The translations under genes and the position numbers were made by a program. Below, in pieces: positions 10,463 to 21,800 of a stretch of DNA of 64,000 nucleotides; the stretch's first letter is position 1, and every line of letters starts with the position of its first letter. Source of the stretch: Patescibacteria group bacterium (GTDB taxonomy: Bacteria; Patescibacteriota; Patescibacteriia; UBA9934); assembly GCA_041666205.1 (NCBI GenBank), contig JBAYHI010000003.1, positions 13,215 to 77,214 of the forward strand. The letters are read 5' to 3'. The notes below the pieces were generated by a model. That model was not told the DNA's origin and searched no databases. It was given only the letters and a program-made list of their open reading frames with translations.

Positions 10463-11791
10463 CGGGAGGTGATAAAAGCCGGTGACGCTATTGATGGCGC
10501 CAAAGAAATATCCTTCTTTCCCTGATTCAGAAATCCATACACGCTCCAGATTGCCACCCTCCAAGAGGGTGGTGATTTGTCGGTTTGTGGCGTGGATCGC
10601 GCGATCGAATGCACTTAGGGTGCTGGAGGTGGCAAAGAGCACGGCATGGCCAGTCGGGTCCCAAGCGAGATACTCAATTGCATCGCTTTGTCGCAATAGG
10701 AATGTGGTTGTATGCGACGACGGGGTATAAAGATTGAGTTCATACCCGTCGCTCCACAGTAAACTCGATTCTTCCGCGAGCCAGTCAAATAGGGTGCCAC
10801 GTCCTTCCAAAAGAATCGGTTGACGCGCAGCAATATCGAGTAAAATAAATCCAGAATTATCATTGGTGAGCACCAAGTAATTTCCTTGTCGCAATGCAAT
10901 GGTATACGCACTTCGTGGAAGGAGCGCAATCAGCGTTTGTGTGGAACCAATTTGCTGGCGTAACTCGGTATAGGTGCCGTTATCTACAAACGATAAAATA
11001 CTTGCGTCTAGAAGAATTTGTGTTGAATCCGCGGCGCTCACAAGCACTTCTTTATTTCCACTGCGACTCGAGACGTCCAGTTGCTTAATCGCATCTTCAT
11101 GAACGGCAGACAAGATTCGATCATCGCTTGGGTGCCAGGAGAGATAATCCGGTGCTTCCATTTCCTGTAGGGAGGAAAGCGCGGTTCCGCTGGCGTCATA
11201 AACCGCAATTTTTTTGGCAGGCAGATCTGCAAATAAGAAATACGAACTTCCCGCAGACCAATCGAGAGTCATCTCGGAGGCATCGGTGGTGGTTGGATAG
11301 GTGAAGAGCGTTGTATCTTTACTTGTCGTTGTCTCAAAAAGATGAAGTGCACGTTCATTTTTTTCTTCGACCGTGTACAAAACAAGCGATCCGTCGGCAT
11401 TGGGCGCAACGCGACTCACATCTTGTTGAAATAATAATTCCGGAGACGCTTGCTTAAATAGCAATAAATCTCGAATCGTTGTGGTAAGCCCCTCTTTGAT
11501 TTCTACCTCATCATTCCACGCGTGATAATCTGTTTTTGAAAATCCCAGCGTATAGGTGCCGGGAATGATGTGCTTGAAAATATAGGGAGTGACCTCATCC
11601 ACCGCCACATCATCGAGCGAGATGGAAGCTCCGCGCGGCAGCGTTGCAAGCGATAGAACCCCTGTGCGCGTAACCAGCCCTTCTTGGAAATCATAGCGAA
11701 ACCCGGCGGTGTAGAGCACAATCGTGGGTGCTGCGATGCAAAAGAAGATGAGAAAAAACGCGAAGATGATTCGACGAAGATAGCGTGGCAT
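10454..11791 (-). CDS. PEGA-domain membrane-anchored protein with propeller-like C-terminus
   Basis: N-terminal TM, GFRYDF, TGVLSLATLPRGASI...PGTYTLGFSKTDY PEGA-like pattern. Confidence 0.75.
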   Translation of the reverse strand: MPRYLRRIIFAFFLIFFCIAAPTIVLYTAGFRYDFQEGLVTRTGVLSLATLPRGASISLDDVAVDEVTPYIFKHIIPGTYTLGFSKTDYHAWNDEVEIKEGLTTTIRDLLLFKQASPELLFQQDVSRVAPNADGSLVLYTVEEKNERALHLFETTTSKDTTLFTYPTTTDASEMTLDWSAGSSYFLFADLPAKKIAVYDASGTALSSLQEMEAPDYLSWHPSDDRILSAVHEDAIKQLDVSSRSGNKEVLVSAADSTQILLDASILSFVDNGTYTELRQQIGSTQTLIALLPRSAYTIALRQGNYLVLTNDNSGFILLDIAARQPILLEGRGTLFDWLAEESSLLWSDGYELNLYTPSSHTTTFLLRQSDAIEYLAWDPTGHAVLFATSSTLSAFDRAIHATNRQITTLLEGGNLERVWISESGKEGYFFGAINSVTGFYHLPLR

Positions 11792-11867
11792 AGATAGTCA
11801 CAGCGTATCAAATTTGAAACAATTTGCCCATGGATTTTGTGCGTCGCTCGTGTTAGACTACAGTCGT

Positions 11868-13100
11868 ATGGAAAAAATGAAAACTCCTTGGAAAGGGGCG
11901 TCCCTTGGGTATTTATTGCTCGCTGCCAGTTTGGCGGTCACGCTTTTTTATGGAGGATTTTTCTTGGGCCAGTGGCAAGGGGCCACATCAGGCACAAGCG
12001 TAAATGGAACCGCGGTCATTCCAAGTGGAAATTTATTTGGGAATGAATCGGATTTAGATTTTGGATTATTTGAAGAAACCTGGACGCTCATCCGTGATAC
12101 GTATTTGCGAACGCCCGTAGAAGATGAAACGCTTTTTTACGGTGCGCTCGAAGGCATGGTAAACGCACTCGACGATCCGTATACCACGTTCTTTGATCCA
12201 GAAACCGCAAAAGAATTTACCGAAGAACTCGATGGTGTATTTTCCGGCATTGGTGCAGAAATTGGTAAGCGCGATGATTTGATCGTGATTATTGCTCCGC
12301 TTCCCGATAGTCCAGCACAGCGCGCAGGACTCCTATCGGGCGATGCGATTTTGGCGGTCGATGGGGAAGACACCTATGATTGGTCGGTGAGCGAAACCGT
12401 CATGAAAATTCGTGGGGAAATCGGAACCGATGTGGTGCTCACCATTTATCGCGAGGGCGAAGAAACTTCGCGCGATGTCACGCTGACGCGAGCGGAAATC
12501 AATGTGGATAGCGTCACGTGGGAATTGCGCGACGATGGGATTGCCGTGATTGAGGTCTCCATGTTCAACGAAGATAGCACGACGCTATTTCAGCAAGCTG
12601 TTCAAGAACTCATCCCACAAAATCCAAAAGGAATCGTGCTTGACTTGCGTAATAATCCAGGAGGCTTGCTAACCGAGGCAATCAATTTAGCTGGGTTCTG
12701 GGTAGATGGAAAAACGGTCGTGCAAGAACGTGTTGGCGAGACGGAATTTGAATTTCCCGCATCGGGTTCTGCACAACTTGCCGGGATCCCAACCGTGGTA
12801 CTGGTGAACGAAGGAAGCGCTTCTGCGTCAGAGATTCTTTCCGGCGCATTGCAAGATTATAAGCTCGCACGCCTCATTGGCACGCAAACATTTGGGAAAG
12901 GATCTGTGCAGGAATATCACGAATTCCCCGATGGCTCTGCGCTTAAAGTGACGGTGGCAGAATGGCTCACAGCCAAGGGGCGCTCCATCGATAAGGTGGG
13001 GATTGAGCCTGATCAAATTATTGAATTAACGCTTGAAGATTATAATGCAGGAACCGATCCACAGTTCGACGCGGCGATCGATTTCCTCACGGCGAGGTAA
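11868..13100 (+). CDS. ctpA: Carboxyl-terminal processing protease, S41 family with PDZ
   Basis: LDDPYT, FSGIGAEI, DLRNNPGG, SASASEI, TFGKGSVQ. Confidence 0.93.
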   Translation: MEKMKTPWKGASLGYLLLAASLAVTLFYGGFFLGQWQGATSGTSVNGTAVIPSGNLFGNESDLDFGLFEETWTLIRDTYLRTPVEDETLFYGALEGMVNALDDPYTTFFDPETAKEFTEELDGVFSGIGAEIGKRDDLIVIIAPLPDSPAQRAGLLSGDAILAVDGEDTYDWSVSETVMKIRGEIGTDVVLTIYREGEETSRDVTLTRAEINVDSVTWELRDDGIAVIEVSMFNEDSTTLFQQAVQELIPQNPKGIVLDLRNNPGGLLTEAINLAGFWVDGKTVVQERVGETEFEFPASGSAQLAGIPTVVLVNEGSASASEILSGALQDYKLARLIGTQTFGKGSVQEYHEFPDGSALKVTVAEWLTAKGRSIDKVGIEPDQIIELTLEDYNAGTDPQFDAAIDFLTAR

Positions 13101-13575
13101 ACTCCGTGGGGGCCGTAAGGTCCGGACCGAAGTGTCCGCAGGGGGTTTGGTCTTTCGGAGGACGAAGCGCGGTGTTCAGATTGCCATGCTCGAGGACGCA
13201 TTTGGACATTGGACGTTTCCAAAAGGTCATGTGCGACGTTTGGAAACCTTGCGCGATGCTGCGGAGCGCGAAATTGCAGAAGAGCTCAGTCTCACTGGAT
13301 TGCAATTCCGCGGACAGCTGGGGACGATTGATATTTGGTTCCGTGATCGATTTGTGTGGAAGGGTATGATGATCCACAAATTCATTCACTACTTTTTATT
13401 TGAAGCGCCTGCAGATCAGAAATTGGTCCCGCCCCCGCTCGGGGAGCACGGGGAGCAAATCCTTGCGGTTGCCTGGGTACCGGTTGAGAAAGTCTTGCGC
13501 AGGTCTACGTATCGCGATTTGCAGCCCATCATTGAAAAAGCCATTGGGATTTTGCGTCTTGCACAGCCTCGTTGA
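13045..13575 (+). CDS. NUDIX hydrolase (start uncertain)
   Basis: SAGGLVF, WTFPKGH...ETLRDAAEREIAEE Nudix box. Confidence 0.85.
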   Translation: MQEPIHSSTRRSISSRRGKLRGGRKVRTEVSAGGLVFRRTKRGVQIAMLEDAFGHWTFPKGHVRRLETLRDAAEREIAEELSLTGLQFRGQLGTIDIWFRDRFVWKGMMIHKFIHYFLFEAPADQKLVPPPLGEHGEQILAVAWVPVEKVLRRSTYRDLQPIIEKAIGILRLAQPR

Positions 13576-13610
13576 CGCACAGGGGTAAACATCGATATCA
13601 TATTTGCGTT

Positions 13611-14051
13611 ATGAAAATTATCCTCATGGAGGACGTCAAAGAATTAGGCCACAAAGGGGAGGTCGTGGAAGCGTCTGAAGGGTATGTCCGCAATTTTTTG
13701 TTTCCACAGCATTTTGCCGTGGAAGCAAGCGAAGAAGCGCTTCGGGCCCTGCGCGAAAAAGAAAAAGCCCAAGGTCGACGCGAAAAAAAGCAGGAAAACG
13801 AAGAGAAAAAACTCGCAACCAGTCTTGAGGGGCGGGAATTCGTGATCACGGCAAAAACCGATCACGGCAAATTGTACGGATCCATTGGAAAAAAAGAAGT
13901 TGCGAGCGCGCTCAAAAAAGCGGGATTTGCGATTTCCGAGGAATGGATTACGTTTGCTCCGCAAAAAGAGGTTGGCAGCGCGGAAGCACTCGTTTCCTTC
14001 CCGAGCGGTTTTGAAGCCGCAGTTACCATTGTCATCGAAGATAACCCTTAA
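13611..14051 (+). CDS. rplI: 50S ribosomal protein L9
   Basis: MKIILMEDVKELGHKGEVVE..GYVRNFLFP, GKLYGSI. Confidence 0.95.
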   Translation: MKIILMEDVKELGHKGEVVEASEGYVRNFLFPQHFAVEASEEALRALREKEKAQGRREKKQENEEKKLATSLEGREFVITAKTDHGKLYGSIGKKEVASALKKAGFAISEEWITFAPQKEVGSAEALVSFPSGFEAAVTIVIEDNP

Positions 14052-14090
14052 CTCACCATCTATCGACCCTGCGGGGTCGATCTTTCGTTT

Positions 14091-15710
14091 ATGAAGCATC
14101 ATTATTTGTTCGTGGTCGGCGGTGTTATGAGTGGCGTTGGAAAAGGAACGTCGTCAGCAGCGCTTGGGCTCACCATTCAGGCAAAAGGATATTCTGTAAC
14201 GTCCATCAAAATCGATCCGTATGTCAATGTGGACGCGGGCACCATGAATCCGGTGGAGCACGGCGAAGTATTCGTCACCGTTGACGGCGACGAAACCGAT
14301 CAGGATGTGGGAACCTATGAGCGCTATTTGGGGCGAGACATTACGCGCATGAATTACATGACAACTGGTCGTGTGTATCAAACCGTAATTGAAAAAGAAC
14401 GAAACCTCGAATATGGCGGAAAGTGCGTGGAAGTTGTGCCTCATGTACCAGAAGAAGTGATTCGTCGTATTGAACATGCGTCAAAAGAAGCGAAAGCGGA
14501 CGTAACCCTCATTGAGGTTGGGGGAACGGTTGGGGAGTATCAAAATGTATTGTTCTTGGAAGCGGCTCGCATGATGAAAGCGAAAAATCCGGATGCCGTG
14601 CGATTTGTGCTGGTGAGCTATTTGCCCGTTCCGCCATCGATTGGAGAAATGAAAACCAAACCAACGCAATACGCGGTGCGCACCTTAAACGGGGCTGGCA
14701 TTCAACCGGATTTCATTATTGGTCGTTCTACCATGCCAATTGATAAACCTCGCAAGGAAAAAATTGCGCAATTTTGTGCCGTGCCCTGGGAGCACATTAT
14801 CTCAGCACCAGACGCAAAATCGGTTTACCATATCCCCGACATGTTTGAGGATCAAAATTTTGCTTCGCTTGTTCTTAAGAGTTTCAAACTCAAAGTGAAA
14901 GGCAATGACCTATCCGCGTGGAATGAATTCACAGAAAAACTCGAGACGGCCAAGACGCCAGTAAAAATCGGGGTGATTGGGAAATATTTTTCCACAGGCG
15001 ACTTCACGTTGTCGGACGCGTATATTTCCGTTCTCGAAGCCATCAAACATGCTTGCGTTGCCGAAGGCGTGAAACCAGAAATTGCGTGGCTCAATTCCGA
15101 AGAATATGAAGAGCATCCGGAAAAACTCGATGAGTTGAAAACGTTTGACGGGATTCTCATTCCTGGGGGATTTGGATCGCGTGGCGTTGAGGGGAAAATT
15201 GCGGCAATCGAATATGCCCGCAAACACAAGATTCCTTATTTTGGGCTTTGCTATGGCATGCAATGCGCGGTCATAGAATACGCACGCCATGAACTTGGAT
15301 ATACAGACGCCAATACCACGGAAATTAATCCAAAAACGAAATACCCTGTGATTCATTTGATGGATGATCAAGAGAAAAAACTCGAAGACAAACAATACGG
15401 CAATACCATGCGATTGGGGAGCTATCCATGTGTCCTCAAGGCTGACACGATTTCGCGCGCATCCTATGGCGAAGAAAAAATCAGCGAGCGACATCGCCAC
15501 CGCTATGAATTCAATAATGCGTATCGTGCGGAACTTCAAAACGCCGGGCTCGTGCTTGCTGGCACGTCGCCGGATGATCGATTAGTGGAAATAGTTGAAA
15601 TCAAGGATCATCCATTTTTCGTGGGAGTTCAATTCCATCCAGAGTTTCAGAGTCGACCCCTGTTGCCACATCCGTTATTTGTTGCATTCGTGAGGGCAAT
15701 GAAAAAGTGA
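14091..15710 (+). CDS. pyrG: CTP synthase
   Basis: GGVMSGVGKG, KIDPY, EHGEVFV, KTKPTQ, GLCYGMQ, ERHRHRYE, QFHPEF. Confidence 0.98.
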   Translation: MKHHYLFVVGGVMSGVGKGTSSAALGLTIQAKGYSVTSIKIDPYVNVDAGTMNPVEHGEVFVTVDGDETDQDVGTYERYLGRDITRMNYMTTGRVYQTVIEKERNLEYGGKCVEVVPHVPEEVIRRIEHASKEAKADVTLIEVGGTVGEYQNVLFLEAARMMKAKNPDAVRFVLVSYLPVPPSIGEMKTKPTQYAVRTLNGAGIQPDFIIGRSTMPIDKPRKEKIAQFCAVPWEHIISAPDAKSVYHIPDMFEDQNFASLVLKSFKLKVKGNDLSAWNEFTEKLETAKTPVKIGVIGKYFSTGDFTLSDAYISVLEAIKHACVAEGVKPEIAWLNSEEYEEHPEKLDELKTFDGILIPGGFGSRGVEGKIAAIEYARKHKIPYFGLCYGMQCAVIEYARHELGYTDANTTEINPKTKYPVIHLMDDQEKKLEDKQYGNTMRLGSYPCVLKADTISRASYGEEKISERHRHRYEFNNAYRAELQNAGLVLAGTSPDDRLVEIVEIKDHPFFVGVQFHPEFQSRPLLPHPLFVAFVRAMKK

Positions 15711-15714
15711 TGCC

Positions 15715-15741
15715 GTACGGGTCGGGTTGCCCGACCCGTAC
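15715..15741. repeat. REP-like hairpin (GTAC foot)
   Basis: GTACGGGTCGGG-TTG-CCCGACCCGTAC just after pyrG stop; same stem as 21877 and 62965. Confidence 0.75.
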
Positions 15742-15831
15742 GACGACGTAAATATTCCCGATTGCATAATGCAATCGGGAATTATTAATTGGGGATAATT
15801 CCGCGGGGGCTCGCGATTTTTTTGTTATACT

Positions 15832-18800
15832 ATGCTCAATATGAATCGCCGATTTTTTGCGCCGAAATATTTTTTCGTCGCACTTTCACTAATTCTTGGA
15901 ATTGGTCTTTTTGCGTACGCGGATTCTGCATCCGCTGCGGCGATTTCGTGGGATAGCGGTGGGGCGAACAACGATTGGGAAACGGTCGAAAACTGGTCGG
16001 GCGATGCCGTGCCAACCGATGCAGATGACGTGACGATTGATTATGCGGAGACGATTGCTATCAATGCAACAACAACGGTGAATTCTTTAACAGTCGGTGG
16101 TACGAACGCAACGGTTCTCAATTTCGATTACGATGCCATTACCGGCGGGGCACTTATTATTGATGCGGGGAACTTGACGGTTGCCGCAAATGGAACGATT
16201 ACGCATACAGGTGGGTCAACAAGCTCGGTTCTTGCCACGGTTTTTATTGATGTACAAACAGGCGACGCAACAATTACAGGAACAGTGAATGTGGACGGAA
16301 AGGGGTATGCAAAAGGGTATGGTACCGGAAAGGGTACGGGCTTTGGTGGAGGTGGTTACGGGGGCGAAGGCAGTGCTGGGAACGGAGGTACGGGAGGCAC
16401 AACATACGGCTCTATTACTGCTCCGACAGATCTTGGTAGCGGAGGATCTGGAAGCTGTAATGGTGGGGCTGGAGCCGGGTCTGTGAAGTTATTAGTTGCT
16501 GGCGGATTAACGGTTGCGGGAAGTATCTCTGCAACAGGTGCAACGTCCAATGAGTGGTGCGCTTCGCCGGGGTCGGGCGGGTCAATTTATCTGGATGCGG
16601 GGACATTTGCTGGAGCCGGGACGGTTGATGTGAATGGTGGAGCATATAGCTATTTTAATGCAGGCCAAGGTGGTGGCGGGCGTCTTGCAATTTATTATGA
16701 TACGAATACCTATTCGGGAACTCCAACCGCATACGGTGGCTATGACGCCTCCAATGGGTACTATGCCGGTGCGGGCACAGTCTATATTAAAGACAATGCC
16801 GATACATACGGAAGTCTCACAGTCGACAACAATAGTCATGACATGACAACCGATGATCGATATTTGGGAAAAACAAATCTTTCTTCAACAGCGACCTATA
16901 AAAATCTTACAATTTCCAACGACGGTCATATTGATTTAATTTCCGGAGCAACCATTACCGTTGATTCAACGTTTACGTGGACAGGTGGAAATGTCACAGA
17001 TAGCGGTGGGGTGCTTGCAACCATAACATCAGGGGATGTTGTTGTACCGGCGGGGTCTTACTTTTATGCAAATACGGCGCGCACTGGAGCAGGGGCGCTC
17101 ACAAGTCTTACGATAAATGGTGTTCTTACACATTCAACAAATAGTACCCTTACATCTTACGTATTGGATGTGGAAACAACAGGCGCAACAGATATTGCTA
17201 CCGGGGGATCGGTCAATGTTGCAGCGCGTGGTCTTCAAAGAGGGTATGGTACTGGCGCGGCTTCGGGTGATCGCAGTGGAGCTGGATATGGAGGAGAAGG
17301 GGGCACAGGATATACATTGGCAGGTGGTGGCACCACATATGGGTCTATTACGGCCCCAACGAGTTTAGGCAGCGGAGGCTTTTCTGGGTGTGCGTCTGGA
17401 AATGGGGGCGGGGCAATTAAGCTTACGGTTGGCGGGACGCTTACAGTGACTGGGAGCATTACCGCCAGCGGTGGAGCGAGTGGGGAATGGTGTGGTGGAG
17501 GAGGATCGGGTGGCTCTATTTATCTAGACACAGGTACAATCACAGGGGCGGGGGCCATTACATCTGCGGGTGGCGCGGCAACAACAGCGGATGCGGGAAA
17601 TGGCGGAGGTGGTCGCATCGCAATCTATTACGATGCGAGTACCTATTCTGGGACTCCAACCGCGTATGGAGGATACTTTTCGACGAATTATTTTGGCGGA
17701 GCTGGCACGATTTATATAAAAGACAATGCCGACACGTATGGAAGTCTTACGGTAGATAATAATAGTCGTGATATAACAACGGATGATCGGTATTATGGGA
17801 AAACAAATCTTTCTTCAACGGCAACCTATAAAAATATTACGATTTCCAATGACGGCCATATTGATTTAATTTCCGGAGCAACCATCACGGTTGATTCAAC
17901 GCTCACGTGGACGGGCGGGAATATTACAGATAGCGGAGGGGTATTGAGCTCGGTAAATTCCGGGGACGTTGTTATCCCTGCGAACGCTCGTTTCCTAGCG
18001 AATACAACGCGGAGTGTAACCTCGCTTACCGTGAATGGCACGATGACACACTCAAAAAATACGACAGTGGAGACACATAAAATAAACTATACAACGAGCG
18101 CAGATGTCACAATCGGTGCCTCTGGGACAATAAATGTAACTCAGCAAGGTTTTATTGGGGGCTATGGGGACGGTCATGGGCACGATGCAGGGGCGTATGG
18201 TTCTGGTGGAGGTTATGGAGGCGTTGGAGGGGATACGGCAGATGGTGGAGATACCGGAGGGATTACGTATGGCTCGGAAACAGCACCGTCCAATCTCGGT
18301 TCGGGCGGGATGGGTGAGGGCGCGTCAAACCTCGGATCATCGGGCGGTGGCGCAGTCAAGCTTTCGGTGGGTGGAAATTTGAGTATTGGTGGAACAATTG
18401 TTGCAAATGGTGGATCAGATTATAGTGGGTGGTTCTTGAATTATGGCGGTGGCTCGGGCGGTTCCATTTGGCTTGCTGTTTCGGGCGCGATATCTGGAGG
18501 AGGGAATGTTTCTGCACAGGGATCAAGCGCACAAAGTGCCGGCGCTGGTGCCGGGGGTGGTGGACGTATCGCGATGACCGCCGCATCAAGTACGTGGTCG
18601 GGTTCGGCGTCTGTTATTGCTGGCACAACCGGCTATGCCGGCGGTGTTGGTACAGTGTATGATAATTACGCTCCAACAGCTGGCAATCCTTCCAATACGT
18701 TTGCAACAGATGGGACGGGCGAGATGCTTGTTTCCCTTGTTGTTGACGATCCCGATGATGAAACACTTTCATTGAAGGTGGAATATTCTATGGACGGAGG

Positions 18801-21800
18801 CGGCACGTGGGAAGACCCAACACTTTCAGAAACGCTAGGGGATACAACCGCAAGTTTTGGGACGCCGGCCACGGAAAACGATAATGCGTATCAAATTTCC
18901 AGTGTTATCACGTCATCGGGTGCAAATACAATTGCGTTCGTGTGGAATTCAAAAACCGATGAGCCAACCGGCGATGTTACCAATGCGAAAATTCGCGTCA
19001 CGGTCAACGACGGCGGAATGGATGGGACGCCAGCAACGAGTACAAATACCACGCTCGATAATGCCGCACCAACCGGTCTTGCCGACTTGGCTGTCACTGC
19101 CTATCCTTCAACCTCACTTTCTCTTTCTTGGACTGCGGCAACATCAGAATCTCACTTTGATCATTACGAACTGTGGTATGGTTCGAATTCATCCGACGTC
19201 AACAATCGTACCGGTTCCGCGACGGAATGGGACAATGCGGATGATGGTGCGCTTGCAACCATGAGTACCACTTCTACCACCATTACGGGTCTTTCACAAA
19301 ACGTCACGTACTACGTAAAGATTTGGGCGGTGGATGATTACACCAATGAAGCAACGCTTGTTGCGATCTCACAAAAAACAAATGGGCTTCCAACCGCCGC
19401 GACCGTCACACCGACGTTTGCCACAGATGGAACTGGAAGAACGACTGTGACGGTCATTATTGACGACGCAGACGATCAAACGTCTTCATTCAAAGTTGAG
19501 TATTCCACAAATGGCGGAGGTGCTTGGGCAGATCCAACACTTTCCACAACCGCGGAGGATTTGTCTGGAACGTTTGGTACTCCAGCGCTCAATAATGCGT
19601 CTACCTACCAAATTAGCAATGTCACAACCGCGTCGGGCGCGAATACGATTTCGTTCGTTTGGAACTCTGGAACGGATGTTCCCACTGCAGATGTTTCAAA
19701 CGCTCTTATTCGAATTACTCCATACGACGGTGCAGAGGCGGGGTCGGGTGTGAATTCCGCGAGTTTCTCCATGGATAATGCGGACCCTTCTGGCATGGCA
19801 GGTCTTGGTGTTGGTTCATATGCGTCCGATGAAGTTGTGATGACCTGGACTGCAGTTTCTTCTGAAACCAATTTTGATCACTACGAACTCTGGTATGGGA
19901 CTAATTCCTCGGATGTAGATAACCGCACAGGGACGGCAACAGAATGGGATAATTCCGACGATGCCACGCTCGCTACCATGACAACGGCCACGACAACAAT
20001 TCCAAGTCTTGTGGCAAATACTACGTATTACATCAAGGTTTGGGCTGTTGACGATTACGGCAATGAAGCAACGCTTGCCTCAAGTACACAAAAAACAAAC
20101 GCTATTGTGACAGCCACTACACCGACCGCGACGGTTGCAACAGACGGCACGGGTGAGGTGACGGTTGTCACGACCATTGATGACGCCGACGACGAAGACT
20201 CCCGCTTCTTGGTGGAATATTCCATCGATGGCGGTGGCACCTATGCCAAAGCGACGCTTTCGGAAACGGATGTAGACACCACGGCCACCTATGGGGATCC
20301 GGATGTTGCCAATGTAAATTCCTACCAAGTTGGAAATGCCTCCGGCTACGTTACAACTGCCTCTGGGGCAAATGCGGTAACCTTCATTTGGAATTCGCAT
20401 ACCGACGTGCCAACGGCCGATGTTACAAATGCAAAAATTCGTGTCACACCAAATGATCAAATTGAAGACGGCACCGCAATGCCATCTGCTAATTTCACGC
20501 TAGATAATGCACATCCCCAAGCACTTGCAGATTTTGTGGTGAGCGCAAAGAGTGCAACGTCTGTTACACTTACCTGGACAGCAGCAACAGATACACACTT
20601 TTCACACTATGAAATTTGGTATGGCGAAGATTCCGGAGATGTTGATGGACGGACCGGTACTGCAACGGAATGGGATAATTCCGACGATGCAGCACTCGCA
20701 ACTGCAACAACCGCAACAACACGTATCCTTCCTCTGGAGTCAGCAACAACCTATTTCTTCAAGATTTTTGCTGTCGACGATTATACAAACGAAACAACGC
20801 AGGCAGCGACTTCTGTAAAAACCTCTTCAAGAGGGAGCACTGCGTCGCGACCGACGCCAGCACCGGATCTTACCAACCTCACCGTCTCCCAAGATGATGG
20901 CACAACCACCGCGTCGCTCATGGAAGAAAAATGGACATCTGTGAATTGGCTCTCGCTTGGCGCGGTGCCAAATGTGAATGTGTATTACTCGGTTGACGAA
21001 GGAGTAAATTGGCTCAAGTTTGTTGGCCCGATTGCCAATCGCGACAATATTGGATTTGTGATGCCAGCAGGACTGGGCACCACCTTTATGCTTCGCGTCA
21101 TTGGCACCGACCTTGCCGTCAATCTCGATACTGAGACAACAGGCATCCTCACCCTCATTCCTCGTCCAATGACAGTTGAACCCGAGGCTCCGTCGGTTGT
21201 TTACAAGCCGGTTGAACCTATCTATCCCACTGATCCTTGGCTTGGCGTACCAGACCTTAACCCGGAGTGGCCACAAGAAACCGCACCGTTTATCCCTCCG
21301 GTAAAAGAAACGCCAACCGTCATTCCAGGTCAGTCTCCAATTATTACCTACACCGAACCAGAAGCCATTTCTCCGGTAACGGGACTCGAAGAACCGGTGT
21401 CAGACGTGCAGCCTGGCGACTATATTAAGAGCCCAAGTTTCCCAACCGTTTACTATGTGACGGAAGATTTGGCACGCAAACCATTTGCTGATGCACAAAC
21501 CTATTTCACCTACGAGGCAAGTTTTGATCGTATCAAAGTTGTGACAGACGCAACGCTTACGCTCCTCAATCTTTCCGGCCCCATGCTTCCAAAGCCATCC
21601 ACCGTGCTTGTAAAAATTCAAAGTGATCCAAAGGTTTACGTAGTGTCAGAAAATCCAGAGAATCCTTATCGCCCAATTCTCCGTTGGCTCTCAAGTGAAG
21701 AGCTTGCTACCACGCTGTATGGCGCCCATTGGTCAGATTATGTGATTGACGTGCCGGTGACGCTCTTTGCACGGTTTGAGATCGGGAATGCCATTGGGCT

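Noticed and set aside
16780-17920. Near-identical duplicated segments as a DGR template/variable repeat pair
   Set aside because: Both copies are in frame in one gene, differences are mostly synonymous and not adenine-specific, and no RT is present
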